Origin: an uncultured bacterium
Lineage (GTDB): Bacteria; SAR324; NAC60-12
Direction: 5' to 3'
DNA length: 64,000 nt
Assembly (NCBI GenBank): GCA_965662845.1
Contig: CBFIJD010000005.1
Span: forward strand, 1 to 64,000
Positions 1 to 10,731 of the stretch are shown piece by piece; position 1 is the first letter of the stretch; each line of letters begins with the position of its first letter. The notes below the pieces were generated by a model. The model saw nothing but the letters and a program-made list of their open reading frames with translations, did not search any database and had not been told where the DNA came from. A program made the translations under genes and the position numbers.

Positions 1-623
1 GCCGGGGCCTTGGAGCGAGTAGAGCCCGACGACGCAGCAACACAGAATCCCAAAGACGATCTTTTCGTAGGTGCCTCCGGTTTGAAAGCGATATTCGGGG
101 ATCAAACTCACAAATCTCGCTTGGACTTGGGGCTTGCTGCCGGCGCTCCTAAGAGCACGGGCGCTCAACTGACGAACGCATCAAGAGAAGAAATATTTTC
201 ATGACAAACAAAGACGGGAATTTGCCGTAACGCTGTGCCTGAGGCGGGAGGTTGCGTTTGGGGCGAGAGAGGATGAACGGGGAGGGCGGAGGCGGTAGGC
301 AGCTGACTGGTTGAAGATTGCTCGCCGCAACCAGTCTATCTCAAAGAATCAACTGAACTTACGAGATAGCAACTTGCGGCAGATCGGCTTATCGCCACTT
401 TGGCAGCAATCAATGAGGCAAAAGCAAAATGAGGCGAAGAGGATTCCAAGTCCCGCAACTATCATTTCCATGTCTATCTCCTGTGATAATTTTTCTACGT
501 AGATTAACCTAAGTATTCTCACTTAGAAAGTATGAGAACTAACAGAGTTGGCGGATTTGGTCAAACTTTTTTCTGTTTTTTGTGAGACATTTTTTGATTT
601 TCGTCGGACATGGGCGAAAGCCG

Positions 624-2468
624 CTAGCCACGCACCTGTTGCATCGCTTGCAGAACATCTTCCTGCGTGAGCGGCGCCATCTTTTTTTGGTCGCCATGCA
701 CCGCGCGCCGCACGGCTAACAACGCGGCTCGATTGCACGCCGCGGAAAGCTCCGCGCCGCTCCAACCTTCCGTGAGACTCGCCAGATATATGGGGTCCAC
801 CTCTGGGCTGACCGGCTTGTTCCGCAGATGAATCCGCAAGATCGCGGCTCGATCGGCTTGCTTTGGGGACGTGAACTGCACGATCTCGTCGAAGCGGCCC
901 GGGCGCAAGATCGCTTCGTCGAGCCGATCAACGCGGTTGGTCGCGCCGAGCACCAGCACGCCCTTCAACTCTTCAATGCCGTCCATCTCTACGAGGAACT
1001 GCGCCAGCACGCGCTCTGTGACCGCTGAGTCTGGAGACACTTGTGTTCGCCCCGGCAGCAGCGTGTCTAGCTCGTCAAAGAACAGAATGCAGGGCGCCGC
1101 TTGTCGGGCTCTGCGGAAGACATCCCGCAGTCGCTGCTCCGATTCCCCGATGTACTTTGAGAGCAAGTCCGCGCCTTTGATCGCCAAGAAGTTGGCTTGG
1201 CTCTCCGTTGCCAACGCCTTTGCGAGGAGCGTCTTTCCGCACCCGGGAGGGCCGACGAGCAAGATGCCTCGCGACGGCCGCAAGCCGGCTTGCGCGAACA
1301 GATGCCCGTGCCGCAACGGCCACTCGACGGCTTCTACGAGCTTGTCTTTGACGTCGCCCAAGCCACCCACGTCCTCCCACTTCACGTTGGGAACCTCGAC
1401 AATCATCTCACGCAACGCCGAGGGCTCGACCTCCTGAAAGGCTGCCGCGAAGTCTTCCCACTCGATCTTGAGCTGCGCCGGATCCAAGTCCTCGACCGCT
1501 TGGGACTGCAAGCTTCTGCGCAGACACTGCAACGCCGCTTCTTGACACAGCGCCTGCAAATCCGCGCCGACAAAGCCGTGCGTGCGATCCGCGAGCTGCT
1601 CCAGCTGCGACTCATCTTGAAGCGGCATGGTGCGCGTGTGAATCGCCAAAATTTGGCGCCTCCCCTCTCGATCTGGGACCGGAATCTCAATCTCGCGGTC
1701 GAAGCGCCCGGGGCGTCGCAGCGCTGGGTCGAGCGCATTGGGGCGGTTCGTCGCGCCAATGAGGATGATCTCGCCGCGTGTGTCCAAGCCGTCGAGCACG
1801 GTCAGGAGCTGTGCGACCACGCGCTTCTCAAGCTCGCCATAGACTTGATCGCGTTTGGGAGCGAGCGCGTCGATCTCGTCGATAAACACGAGCGCAGGGG
1901 CGTCTCGTCGGGCTTGCTCGAACAGCTGACGCAAGCGGGCTTCGCTCTCGCCGTAGTATTTGTTCAAAATTTCCGGACCGCTGACCGCGAAGAACTTGAC
2001 GCCGGCTTGTTTCGCTAGCGTGCGCGCGATGAGCGTCTTGCCACAACCGGGCGGCCCATGCAGCAACACTCCTTTGGGGGGCGTGATGCCGAGTTGGCGA
2101 AACAGCTCCGGGCGTCGCAGCGGCAGCTCGACCATCTCGCGGATGCGCCCGAGCTGGCTCCCAAGTCCGCCGACGAGCTGGCTCCAGTCCGCGTCGTTGT
2201 CGTCGTCGTCGTCGGACGTTTGGTCTTCGGGGCCGCTGGTTGGCTGTGGTCGGCGCGAGGTGTCTTGGCTACGAAAGTCGTCGTCGGTAAAGCGGACTTT
2301 GCCGTCGGGGTTGATGTTTCTCACCGTGAAGCCGCGCTCCACGCGTTGGTCGGCTTCGTCGCTGAGGTCGGCGAGGTGCTCGACCAGCTCAGTGAAACCA
2401 ACCAGTAGCTCTTTAAACGGATCATCCGTCGGGCGATCTCCTCGGCTCATACGCGGCTCCTTGGGCAA
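624..2468 (-). CDS. CDC48/VCP-like AAA+ ATPase with two AAA domains
   Basis: Two Walker A motifs GPPGCGKT (D1 and D2), Walker B 'FIDEIDAL' and 'LFFDELDTL', and SRH-like regions; ~100-aa N-domain with an acidic poly-Asp linker; 614 aa. Confidence 0.85.
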   Translation of the reverse strand: MPKEPRMSRGDRPTDDPFKELLVGFTELVEHLADLSDEADQRVERGFTVRNINPDGKVRFTDDDFRSQDTSRRPQPTSGPEDQTSDDDDDNDADWSQLVGGLGSQLGRIREMVELPLRRPELFRQLGITPPKGVLLHGPPGCGKTLIARTLAKQAGVKFFAVSGPEILNKYYGESEARLRQLFEQARRDAPALVFIDEIDALAPKRDQVYGELEKRVVAQLLTVLDGLDTRGEIILIGATNRPNALDPALRRPGRFDREIEIPVPDREGRRQILAIHTRTMPLQDESQLEQLADRTHGFVGADLQALCQEAALQCLRRSLQSQAVEDLDPAQLKIEWEDFAAAFQEVEPSALREMIVEVPNVKWEDVGGLGDVKDKLVEAVEWPLRHGHLFAQAGLRPSRGILLVGPPGCGKTLLAKALATESQANFLAIKGADLLSKYIGESEQRLRDVFRRARQAAPCILFFDELDTLLPGRTQVSPDSAVTERVLAQFLVEMDGIEELKGVLVLGATNRVDRLDEAILRPGRFDEIVQFTSPKQADRAAILRIHLRNKPVSPEVDPIYLASLTEGWSGAELSAACNRAALLAVRRAVHGDQKKMAPLTQEDVLQAMQQVRG

Positions 2469-2670
2469 AGAATTGAGAAATTGTGCGAATTTCGCTGACC
2501 GTATGGCGCCTTCTGGCGGTTGTCAACGTGGAAGGATCGCAAAGTTGTGAGCACTTGTATCCGCGTTTTCCGGTTGTTCAACTGTGAGAACGGCTCTACC
2601 CTTGTTTTTTTATCTCACTCAGCGCGCTTGCGCTTTGGCAACGGGCGACGCTCTTTTTTTGGGGAACTAC

Positions 2671-3426
2671 ATGGACGATTTTCAATTATTGGTCGACCTC
2701 CACCGCTCGGCTTCGCGCCAAGGCCCAGGGAGTGACGCCGCGACGATGAAAGCGCTGAATCTCGCAGGACTCGATCGCTCACGAACGCTCAACATTGCAG
2801 ACATTGGCTGTGGAACCGGGGCTTCTGCGTTTGTCTTGGCGAAAGCCTTAGACGCTGAGATCACTGCGGTGGACTTTCTGCCAGAGTTTTTAGAAGAGCT
2901 GCAATTTCGCGCAGAAGACCACGACCTAGCCCAACGAATCACGCCTCTTCAAGCCTCAATGACGGCGCTCCCGTTTGCGGAAGAAGAGTTCGACGTGATC
3001 TGGTCGGAGGGCGCAATTTACAACATGGGATTTGAGGCGGGGGTCTCAGCGTGGCAACGCTTTCTGAAGCCGAACGGAGTGCTGGTGGTCTCTGAGATCA
3101 CTTGGCTCAGCGCGACGCGTCCCTCAGCGCTGCAAAACTATTGGCAGCAGGAATATCCTGAGATTGACATGGCCTCTGCGAAGCTCGCGGTGCTGGAACG
3201 CCACGGATTCAGTCCTCATGCGTATTTTGTGTTGCCCGCGGCGTGCTGGCTTGACCACTACTATCGCCCTCTTGAGTCGCGGTTTGACGCGTTCTTAGCG
3301 CGACATCACGGCAGCCCAGAGGCCAAAGCTGTGATTGAAGCAGAGCAGCAAGAGATCGCGCTCTATGAGCAGTTTCAGGGGTTCTATAGCTACGGCGTAT
3401 ACGTCGCGAAAAAGAGCAGCGACTGA
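2671..3426 (+). CDS. class I SAM-dependent methyltransferase
   Basis: Motif I 'IADIGCGTGASAFVLAK' (GxGxG); ORF 2584-3426, with the start placed at MDDFQLL (2671) by family N-terminus. Confidence 0.7.
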   Translation: MDDFQLLVDLHRSASRQGPGSDAATMKALNLAGLDRSRTLNIADIGCGTGASAFVLAKALDAEITAVDFLPEFLEELQFRAEDHDLAQRITPLQASMTALPFAEEEFDVIWSEGAIYNMGFEAGVSAWQRFLKPNGVLVVSEITWLSATRPSALQNYWQQEYPEIDMASAKLAVLERHGFSPHAYFVLPAACWLDHYYRPLESRFDAFLARHHGSPEAKAVIEAEQQEIALYEQFQGFYSYGVYVAKKSSD

Positions 3427-3463
3427 AGAGAGACCAAAGAGGTTGCCCACCGCATCAGCTCGT

Positions 3464-3513
3464 TTCCCCGCTGTCCTCACCCGGTACGAGTCGTGAGGCG
3501 AGCGCAGCGGGGG
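3464..3513 (+). repeat. long imperfect inverted repeat / hairpin downstream of the methyltransferase
   Basis: tCCCCGCTGtCCTCAC...GTGAGGcgagcgCAGCGGGG; GC-rich stem with no clear U-tract. Confidence 0.3.
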
Positions 3514-3652
3514 GACAGGGGTCATTCTGCACTTGTACGTAAAATTACTTAAATCAGCACTTTACTATTCGCGAGCAAGTCTCCATCATTTGTTTCTTGG
3601 CATCCTCGCATGCTGAGCTTGTCTCTCTTCTTTCATCTCTGGAGGCCCTCCC

Positions 3653-5242
3653 ATGAATATCCGCACTCGCATTTGGGGCACTGTCGCTCTGAGCTTTCTG
3701 AGCTTACTCATCGTTGGTTGGAGTGGTTCTTATTTCAATGATCGCATCGTCACCACTTCTGAGGTGCTCGTGAACGAGAACACCCTGCCGCTGTTCGACA
3801 TTGAGAGTACGCAGCGAGAGTTCCAGCGCTACTTGCTTTTGGTCATCACGCACATTGGGGCCGAAGATCCTGCGATGATGGAAGATCTCAACGCGCAAAT
3901 CGTGGAGGCGAACGAGCGCATCAACGCCCGCATTGCGACGTTGCCCGACAATCAAGCCCTGCGCGCGCAATGGCAAGACTACACGGAGGTGAGCCAGCAA
4001 GTGCTAGAGTTGAGCGCAATGTATGACAAAGGAGGGGCGTTCCAGCTCGCGATGGCAGAAGGCCAGCAGAGCTATCAGGCGGCGCTGGAGCTTTTCAATG
4101 AGCGCTTAGTGAGATATCGAGAACAAATCGCCACCTTGTCCGAAGAAGCAGACGGTCTGCGGGACACGTCTTTCATGATCATGCTGGCCCTCGTGATCGT
4201 GATCGGTGGGATGGGTGTTTTGTTCAATCTACTGCTAGCGCGCAACATCGAGCAGGTGATGCAGAATTTACTGGCGGGCCTGGGGCAGACCGCGAATTCT
4301 CTACGCGAAGACTCCAAGGCGCTCATGGAGACCTCACAAGATCTGGTAGATGGCTCGAGTCGCCAAGCCACCAGCATTGAAGAGACCTCTGCCGCGACGA
4401 ATCAAATCGAAGGACAGTCCCGTGAAAATGCCGACAACGCCACCGAAGTCACGAAGGCTGCGCAAGAGATGTACACCGTCATTGATGCGTCCACGAGCCA
4501 AGCCAAGCAATCGACGGAGCTAGCCCAACAAGCCGCCAACTCTGCGCAAGAAGGCGCCAACTCCATCAGCGAACTGACGGTCTCGATGAAAGAGATCTAC
4601 ACGAGCAGCGAGAAGATCTTGAATATCATCGAAGTGATCAACGAGATTACGCATCAAACCAAAATGCTGGCGACCAACGCTGCGATTGAAGCCGCACGCG
4701 CAGGAGAACAAGGGAAGGGGTTCGCGGTGGTCGCCGACGAAGTCAGTAAGTTGGCCGAAAACTCCAAACAGGCCGCCAAAGAGATCTCAGAGCTGATCAA
4801 TCAAAGTGTGCAGAAAATTCAGCGTGGACACCAACTCGCTGAGCGTAATGAGCAGGTGTTCAGCCACATTCTGTCACAATCGACAGAAGCGAGCACTCTT
4901 GTGATGCAGTTGGCCGATAACTCAGAGCATCAAGCCGAGCACGCGCGTAGCATCACGCAGCTGGTGGAAAACATCAGCAATTCCTCCCGAGAACAGCTCA
5001 CCGGCATCTCGGAAATTAGCAAAGCACTCGCCGAAATTGACAGCGTGACACAAGTGAACGCCGAACAAATGCAGCAGGCTTCTGACATGGCAGATCAACT
5101 CGCCAGCTATTCTGGCCAGTTACAAACCATGATTCAGCAGGTGGCGACTCAAGTGGGGACGTCTCTGTCTCCGACAATGGCGCCATCTGCTTCCGTTGAG
5201 GGGCGCTTGTTGCCTCCTCAACAATCTTTACCCCCTATCTAA
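3653..5242 (+). CDS. methyl-accepting chemotaxis protein (MCP)
   Basis: N-terminal TM, periplasmic region, second TM, then a highly conserved MA signalling domain ('[30 protein letters not shown]'). Confidence 0.9.
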   Translation: MNIRTRIWGTVALSFLSLLIVGWSGSYFNDRIVTTSEVLVNENTLPLFDIESTQREFQRYLLLVITHIGAEDPAMMEDLNAQIVEANERINARIATLPDNQALRAQWQDYTEVSQQVLELSAMYDKGGAFQLAMAEGQQSYQAALELFNERLVRYREQIATLSEEADGLRDTSFMIMLALVIVIGGMGVLFNLLLARNIEQVMQNLLAGLGQTANSLREDSKALMETSQDLVDGSSRQATSIEETSAATNQIEGQSRENADNATEVTKAAQEMYTVIDASTSQAKQSTELAQQAANSAQEGANSISELTVSMKEIYTSSEKILNIIEVINEITHQTKMLATNAAIEAARAGEQGKGFAVVADEVSKLAENSKQAAKEISELINQSVQKIQRGHQLAERNEQVFSHILSQSTEASTLVMQLADNSEHQAEHARSITQLVENISNSSREQLTGISEISKALAEIDSVTQVNAEQMQQASDMADQLASYSGQLQTMIQQVATQVGTSLSPTMAPSASVEGRLLPPQQSLPPI

Positions 5243-5252
5243 GGAGATGTTC

Positions 5253-5828
5253 ATGCGCGCGATTTCGTTACTTAGTGCGTTGCTTTTATGGGCTGGAGTC
5301 ACGGTTGCGGCCGGACCCCAGCTGACGGATGCGATGAAGGCCGAGCTGCAGAAAGAAATCAAAACCATTGAACAGTGGGTGGCCCAACCCGAATTCATCA
5401 ACACGGTTAAGCAGCACAACGCTCAAAACCTCTCTTTGAATGACATCAAGGCGCGCGATGGCGAGTGGATCGCAGCGAGCAAAGCGAAGAAAAAACACCC
5501 GCTGATTGATGAGGTCACTTCGCACACACTCTCAGACTGGTTGCGCAAGAAGAACCAAGAGAACCGCGGCCGCTACCCGGAAGCCTTCCTGACGGGCATC
5601 CAAGGTGAAAACATCGCCTCGATGAAGCCCACGTCAGACTACTGGCAAGGAGACGAATCCAAATTCACCGAGTCGTATGTGGGCGGCAAAGGCGCGAATT
5701 TCATTGGAGAACCTGAGTTTGACCAAAGCGCGAACGCGATGCAGGTGCAGGTGTCTGTGCCGGTCAAAGACGCAGGTCAAGCCATCGGCGTGCTGATTGT
5801 GGGGGTGAAGTTTAGTTCTCTGCGCTAA
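5253..5828 (+). CDS. secreted/periplasmic hypothetical protein, co-transcribed with the MCP
   Basis: AAGGAG RBS 6 nt before ATG at 5253; signal peptide 'MRAISLLSALLLWAGVTVAAG'; ends just before hairpin 5838-5867. Confidence 0.55.
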   Translation: MRAISLLSALLLWAGVTVAAGPQLTDAMKAELQKEIKTIEQWVAQPEFINTVKQHNAQNLSLNDIKARDGEWIAASKAKKKHPLIDEVTSHTLSDWLRKKNQENRGRYPEAFLTGIQGENIASMKPTSDYWQGDESKFTESYVGGKGANFIGEPEFDQSANAMQVQVSVPVKDAGQAIGVLIVGVKFSSLR

Positions 5829-5837
5829 GCGCGCTGT

Positions 5838-5867
5838 GGAGTTCACTTTTGCCTGAGAGTGAACTCC
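5838..5867 (+). terminator. putative intrinsic terminator hairpin after the MCP operon
   Basis: Perfect 10-bp inverted repeat GGAGTTCACT-N10-AGTGAACTCC immediately after the stop at 5828; followed by a C/T-rich tract rather than a pure T-run. Confidence 0.45.
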
Positions 5868-6183
5868 CTCTCTCCCTCGTTTCCTACCCGACCTCCTCTC
5901 GCTTTTCTGTCTCCTCTCTCCCCTTCCAATCCTCACTCTCTGCTTGGTTTTTCTGCTGGGGAGCCTCGCGTCCTGCCACCTGTTTGGAAGCGTGGTTCAC
6001 TCCAGCAAATCGCTGCGTGATCACGGTGGTCTGCAGGCTTTGCATCCCTTCAGGGTGCGCCGCAGTTTTTTCTCCTTGATGAATGAAAATGGGCAGGCTG
6101 GGATGTTAGCTCATCGTTGACAGTAGTCAGCACATTTTTGTCACGCTGTCCCCTGAGCGGCGACGGAATCGGAGAGACACAAA

Positions 6184-7134
6184 ATGCGAGAAGTGGTTTT
6201 GCTGGACGGAGGATTGGGGCAGGAGCTGGTGCGACGTTCGCGGCAGCCGGCGCATCCGCTGTGGTCGCTGCAAGTAATGCTCAACGAGCCGGCGCTGGTG
6301 GAGCAAGTGCACGTGGAGTTTTTGCATGCAGGCGCACGAGTGTTGACGCTGAACACCTATGCGGCGACCCCAGAGCGCTTGGGGAGACAGAGCATGGAGG
6401 ATCAGTTTGTCGCGATCCAACAGCGCGCGATCGAGATTGCGCTGCGGGCGCGGGAGCGAGCGGCACAACCAGAGAAGATCCGGATTTCAGGTTGCCTACC
6501 GCCGCTTGTCGCGAGCTATCACCCAGAGCTGACGCCTTCCTTTGCGCAATGTCTGGAAGAGTATCGGCGCATCGTGGCCGTTGAGTGGGAGGCGGTGGAT
6601 TTGTTTCTGTGCGAGACGATGGCGTGTCAGGTAGAAGCGCAAGCGGCGGCACAAGCAGCGAGCGAGTCCGGCAAGCCCGCCTGGGTCGCGCTGACAGTAG
6701 AAGATGAATACCCGACAGAGACCCCACGTCTGCGTTCGGGAGAATTGCTAGAAGAGGTAGTGGACTCGCTGGGCGCCTTTGCCGTAGACGCGATCTTGCT
6801 CAACTGCTCCAAACCGGAAGCTCTCTCGCCTGCGTTGTCGATCTTAGCGAAACAGCCCCGACCGTTCGGAGCGTATGCCAACGGCTTCACCTCGGTGAGA
6901 GGGTTGCAGGTGGATGGGACGGTGGATGCGCTGCAAGCCCGTCAAGATTTGGGGCCGGAAGCCTACGCACACATCGCGCGGGCATGGGTGGAGCGAGGCG
7001 CGCGTCTCGTTGGAGGGTGCTGTGAAGTGGGGCCGTCTCACATCGCCGAGCTACACCGCCAGCTGCTTGAGCAAAATGTGCAGATCGCGTCAGACCTGAC
7101 GCAACGGCCTTTGCCGGCCAGCTCTGCGGCATAG
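6184..7134 (+). CDS. homocysteine S-methyltransferase family protein (MmuM-like)
   Basis: 'LLDGGLGQEL', 'LNTYAATPERLG' and C-terminal 'GGCCEVGPSHI' are typical of the Hcy-binding S-methyltransferase domain. Confidence 0.8.
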   Translation: MREVVLLDGGLGQELVRRSRQPAHPLWSLQVMLNEPALVEQVHVEFLHAGARVLTLNTYAATPERLGRQSMEDQFVAIQQRAIEIALRARERAAQPEKIRISGCLPPLVASYHPELTPSFAQCLEEYRRIVAVEWEAVDLFLCETMACQVEAQAAAQAASESGKPAWVALTVEDEYPTETPRLRSGELLEEVVDSLGAFAVDAILLNCSKPEALSPALSILAKQPRPFGAYANGFTSVRGLQVDGTVDALQARQDLGPEAYAHIARAWVERGARLVGGCCEVGPSHIAELHRQLLEQNVQIASDLTQRPLPASSAA

Positions 7135-7252
7135 TGTCGTGGGTTCTTCGCGCGGTGTGGTTCCCAAAGCAGCCACGACGGGGCGTTTTTGGGGTTGCAG
7201 GCCACAGCCGCGCGCTGTGTGACAGCGTTGCTCCGCAATCTCCCCCCTCGGC

Positions 7253-7960
7253 TCACTCCAAACGCTTGATCCACTCCAAGAGGTGCTGCGTAAAGGTCTC
7301 GCCAGCCTCAAGCGGACTGAGATGCCCGCAATTTTCATACAGATGCAACGTGGCGTGGGGAAGGCGTTCCGCCATCTCTTGGTGTAAGTGCGGAGGGGTG
7401 AGCGGATCGTGCTGGCCACCAATCACTAGCGCTGGGCACTGTATGTGAGGGAGAGTCTCCAGATGATCGTTGCGCCCTAAGATGGCTGTTTGCTGCTGGA
7501 GATATGTCGCAGCGGGGGTGCGCTCCAGCATGTCCATGAGCTGCTGGGCGGCGGCGGGATCGTTCAGATACTCAGACGTGACGAGAGATGCGCGAAATAA
7601 GCGCAAGACCTGTGAATAGCCGCCACGCCGCACGAGCTCCATAGTTTGTTGTCGGGCCGTTCGCTTCTCAGGAGCATCTGCGCGGTGACTTGTGTTGCAC
7701 AGGAGCAGTCCCTGCACGCGCTCCGGAGCTTGTCGCCAGACCTCCAACGCGACGTAGCCGCCCATCGAGAGCCCGCCCAACACAAAGCTCCCTTCTATTT
7801 GCGACAACACGTGCTGGGCCATCTCCGCGATGGTTGGTTGTTGGAGCTGCGGCAAGAGTACGCGGTGTCCTGCCGCTCGGAGTCCTGCCGCAGGCATGTG
7901 CCAGAGGTAGTCATCACAGGCGAGGCCGTGCAAGAGCACAACGTGGGAGCTTGGACTCAT
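7253..7960 (-). CDS. alpha/beta hydrolase
   Basis: '[10 protein letters not shown]' (HG oxyanion motif) and nucleophile elbow 'GLSMGG'; 4-nt overlap with upstream msrB. Confidence 0.75.
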   Translation of the reverse strand: MSPSSHVVLLHGLACDDYLWHMPAAGLRAAGHRVLLPQLQQPTIAEMAQHVLSQIEGSFVLGGLSMGGYVALEVWRQAPERVQGLLLCNTSHRADAPEKRTARQQTMELVRRGGYSQVLRLFRASLVTSEYLNDPAAAQQLMDMLERTPAATYLQQQTAILGRNDHLETLPHIQCPALVIGGQHDPLTPPHLHQEMAERLPHATLHLYENCGHLSPLEAGETFTQHLLEWIKRLE

Positions 7961-8361
7961 TCGCTTTCCCCCTGAGGCTGAAGCTGGAGCGAGATGGAGT
8001 TGATGCAGTAGCGCAGGCCGGTTGGCGCAGGGCCGTCATGAAAGACGTGGCCGAGGTGAGCGTCGCAGCGGCTGCAGAGGACTTCGGTGCGCACCATGAA
8101 CAAGCTGCGGTCTTCTTCTGAAGACACTGCGTCGGCAGCGATGGGCTCCCAGAAGCTCGGCCAGCCGGTTCCAGAATCAAATTTGGTCTCGGAGGAGAAC
8201 AAGGGCTGTTCACAACAAGCGCACACATAGGTGCCAGGGGTCTTCGTGTTGTGATATGCGCCGGTGAACGCGCGTTCGGTGCCTTTTTGGCGACACACTT
8301 GGTACTGCTGCGGAGTGAGCTGCTGCTGCCATTCGGCGTCCGTTTTGGTGATCTTTTGCAT
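7957..8361 (-). CDS. msrB: peptide-methionine (R)-S-oxide reductase MsrB
   Basis: Two CxxC Zn motifs ('CACCEQPLF', '[12 protein letters not shown]') and the SelR signature 'GWPSF'. Confidence 0.9.
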   Translation of the reverse strand: MQKITKTDAEWQQQLTPQQYQVCRQKGTERAFTGAYHNTKTPGTYVCACCEQPLFSSETKFDSGTGWPSFWEPIAADAVSSEEDRSLFMVRTEVLCSRCDAHLGHVFHDGPAPTGLRYCINSISLQLQPQGESE

Positions 8362-8568
8362 AGCAATTGTTTGAGTTGGAGGGGAATGAGAGAGTCATGC
8401 GTGAGCACGGCGACAAAAACAGATCAAGTCAGTTTAACATGTTGTTTGGGGCGAGAAACCAGCACAAAGTGTCGTCTCTCCCAAAAAATGGATTTGTTCT
8501 TTCGGGACGCTTTTTGCTAGGTTCTCAACCTTTTGCATTTTCTCAGCCCTCTTTTGTCTGGTCTCTGG

Positions 8569-9555
8569 ATGCCCGCACTTCCTTCGCTTGCCGCGTGGAA
8601 CCTACAGTCGTTACGGCCTTCGCAACTTCGTCTGGAACCTGCCCAATTCTGTTGGAGTACTCCCCCCAAACAATCGAGCCTCGCGACGTCGCTGCGCCGC
8701 TATGGTGTGCTGACACCACTGTTGGTTCAAATGACTGGATCGGAGTATCGCCTGATTGATGGCTATCGGCGTCACGGGCACTTAGAACCAGGGGCCGCCG
8801 TTCCGTGTTTGGTGCTCCCTGAAGCAACCCCCACAGCAGACTTGTTGCGGCTGCGCTTAGAGACGCTAGGCTTCCGCCCGCTCACAGGCATCGAGCAGTG
8901 CCAGATTGTCAAGCGTCTTCAAGCAGGGGGCCTCGACCGAGAGGATCTCGTGCAGCAAGTGTTGCCTCGCTTGGGAGAGAGAGCCTCTCCGCGACGATGC
9001 ACAGAGATGTTGCAGCTGGCAGAGTGCTTTGGCAGCACCGAGTTCCCGGATGTGTTGCGCGAAGCCAGCTTAGAGGACTGGCTGCCGCTGTTGCGCTTTT
9101 CAAGCAACGACGTGCCGCGTCTGTTGGAAGTGGGTCGACAGCTGAACTGCGGTGGGCGCAAATGGCGGGCGTTGCTGCAAGTGCTGGACGAGCTGCGGCG
9201 CATTGAAGAAACCGAGGCGACCAAAATTTTAGCGCGACCAGAGATTGAAGAGATTTTGCAGAGCGCCCACCTTCAGGCTCCGGTGCGCTATCGCCAGTGC
9301 AAGCAGCAGCTGGACGCGTGGCGCTTTCCGACGTTGGCTCAGATGCGCGCAGATTTTGAGGAGTGTTGCAAACAGTTGCATTTGCCACGCAGTGTGGAGC
9401 TTCGGCCCGATCCTTTCTTAGAGCGTGATGAGCTGGAGATTGGGTTGCGAGTCCGCTCGATTCCCCAGCTTCAACAGGCTGCGCAAGCGCTCCAGCCAGA
9501 CGCGAGCGCAGCAGTGTGGGCTCAGATTTTCGCAATCGTTCATGGTGAGATCTGA
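8569..9555 (+). CDS. ParB/Srx-fold N-terminal domain protein (function unknown)
   Basis: 'LTPLLVQMTGSEYRLIDGYRRHG' resembles the ParB N-terminal box; start uncertain (ORF 8533-9555); stop is 3 nt before the next gene. Confidence 0.5.
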   Translation: MPALPSLAAWNLQSLRPSQLRLEPAQFCWSTPPKQSSLATSLRRYGVLTPLLVQMTGSEYRLIDGYRRHGHLEPGAAVPCLVLPEATPTADLLRLRLETLGFRPLTGIEQCQIVKRLQAGGLDREDLVQQVLPRLGERASPRRCTEMLQLAECFGSTEFPDVLREASLEDWLPLLRFSSNDVPRLLEVGRQLNCGGRKWRALLQVLDELRRIEETEATKILARPEIEEILQSAHLQAPVRYRQCKQQLDAWRFPTLAQMRADFEECCKQLHLPRSVELRPDPFLERDELEIGLRVRSIPQLQQAAQALQPDASAAVWAQIFAIVHGEI

Positions 9556-9558
9556 CGC

Positions 9559-10731
9559 ATGGCAGTAATTGGAGTGGGCAGCTCCCGTGAGATGGACTCC
9601 GATCTCGCGGTTCAAGAGGCGCTGCGGGAAGCCAAAGCACAGATGCCAGAGCAAGTAGACTGGGGGCTGATCTTTTTCTCTGCGACGCACATCGACCAGG
9701 CGGAGCGCATCCGCCAAATCCTCATCGACCAGACGAGCTGTCCACAGTGGGCCGGATGTAGCGCGGCGGGGGTTCTCACGCACGCCGCAGAAATTTATGG
9801 CGAGGCCGGGCTTGTGATTATGCTTGGGCACACTCCTGAGCTTGAGGCGCGCTCCTTTGTCACCTGCCAACGACTGGAGCACTCACCGAGTGTACCCTCC
9901 CAGCTGCGTGAATTTCTGGAGGGGCTCCGCGTGGAAGAGCCGCTGTTCCTCTTCTTTCCCGATGCCTTCACGAACACGCCCTACAACTTCATCAACACCT
10001 TTCAATATACCAAGAATCGCCCCCAAGTTTTTGGGGCGGGCGCCTGTGATGACGGCGCTTGGAACCGAGCCGCTCAGCTGGGCACAGACGAGACGCTTAA
10101 GCAGGGCGTTGCCGGCTTGAGCTTGGTGGGACAGCGGCGCACCCAGGTGGGGGTCACTCAGTCCGCGCTGGTGCTGGGAGAGCCGATGTTTGTGACGAAG
10201 GCCTCCGATAGTCAGATTGTCGAGCTGGATGGACAGTCGGCTTTGCAGGCGTATGTTGATGCTGCGGTTGAGCTTGGGTTCCCAGATATTGAGACCGCTG
10301 CGCAGCAGCTGATGTTGAGCTTTCCACTCAATCCAGAGGAGCCGCAGTTTGTGGGGGAAGCGACGATTGCGAGGCACCTGACGGGCATTGACGTGGTGAC
10401 CCAAGCTCTGCAAGTACCCCAGCTCGTCAGAGAGGGGGATGTGCTCTCCTTCGCGTTGCGGAACCGAATTGCTGCGGAGGAAGATCTAGAGAACATGCTC
10501 GCGCGGTTGTGGGAAGCCGAGCCGCGTACGCCGGACTTCGGGTTTTACTTCAATTGTGCCGCTCGCGGGATCGCGTTGTATGGAGAGCACGACGTGGATT
10601 TGAAGCACATCCAGAGCGTGCTCGGTGAGTTCCCGTTGATTGGTTTCTTTGGCGCTTTCGAGCTTGCGCAGGTGCCGCTAGGTTTGCAGCTCTACTCTTA
10701 CACTGGGGTGTTAGTGTTAGTGTATCTGTAA
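9559..10731 (+). CDS. FIST-domain signal-transduction sensor protein (putative)
   Basis: 390 aa soluble protein with FIST_N/FIST_C-like organisation; recalled from family features, not a motif-level certainty. Confidence 0.45.
   Translation: MAVIGVGSSREMDSDLAVQEALREAKAQMPEQVDWGLIFFSATHIDQAERIRQILIDQTSCPQWAGCSAAGVLTHAAEIYGEAGLVIMLGHTPELEARSFVTCQRLEHSPSVPSQLREFLEGLRVEEPLFLFFPDAFTNTPYNFINTFQYTKNRPQVFGAGACDDGAWNRAAQLGTDETLKQGVAGLSLVGQRRTQVGVTQSALVLGEPMFVTKASDSQIVELDGQSALQAYVDAAVELGFPDIETAAQQLMLSFPLNPEEPQFVGEATIARHLTGIDVVTQALQVPQLVREGDVLSFALRNRIAAEEDLENMLARLWEAEPRTPDFGFYFNCAARGIALYGEHDVDLKHIQSVLGEFPLIGFFGAFELAQVPLGLQLYSYTGVLVLVYL

Noticed and set aside
10-204. 64-aa ORF at the window start, possibly the C-terminus of an upstream + strand gene.
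   Set aside because: No recognisable similarity and too short to call. It could be a genuine partial CDS, but the evidence is insufficient.
500-623. T-rich tract (tttttctgttttttgtgagacattttttgatttt) as a terminator.
   Set aside because: There is no convincing upstream stem. The tract is on the wrong strand to terminate the minus-strand AAA gene.
624-2468. Considered whether the AAA+ protein is the RuBisCO activase CbbX or CbbQ.
   Set aside because: It has two tandem AAA domains in a CDC48-like architecture with an N-domain. CbbX is single-domain and CbbQ is MoxR-type.
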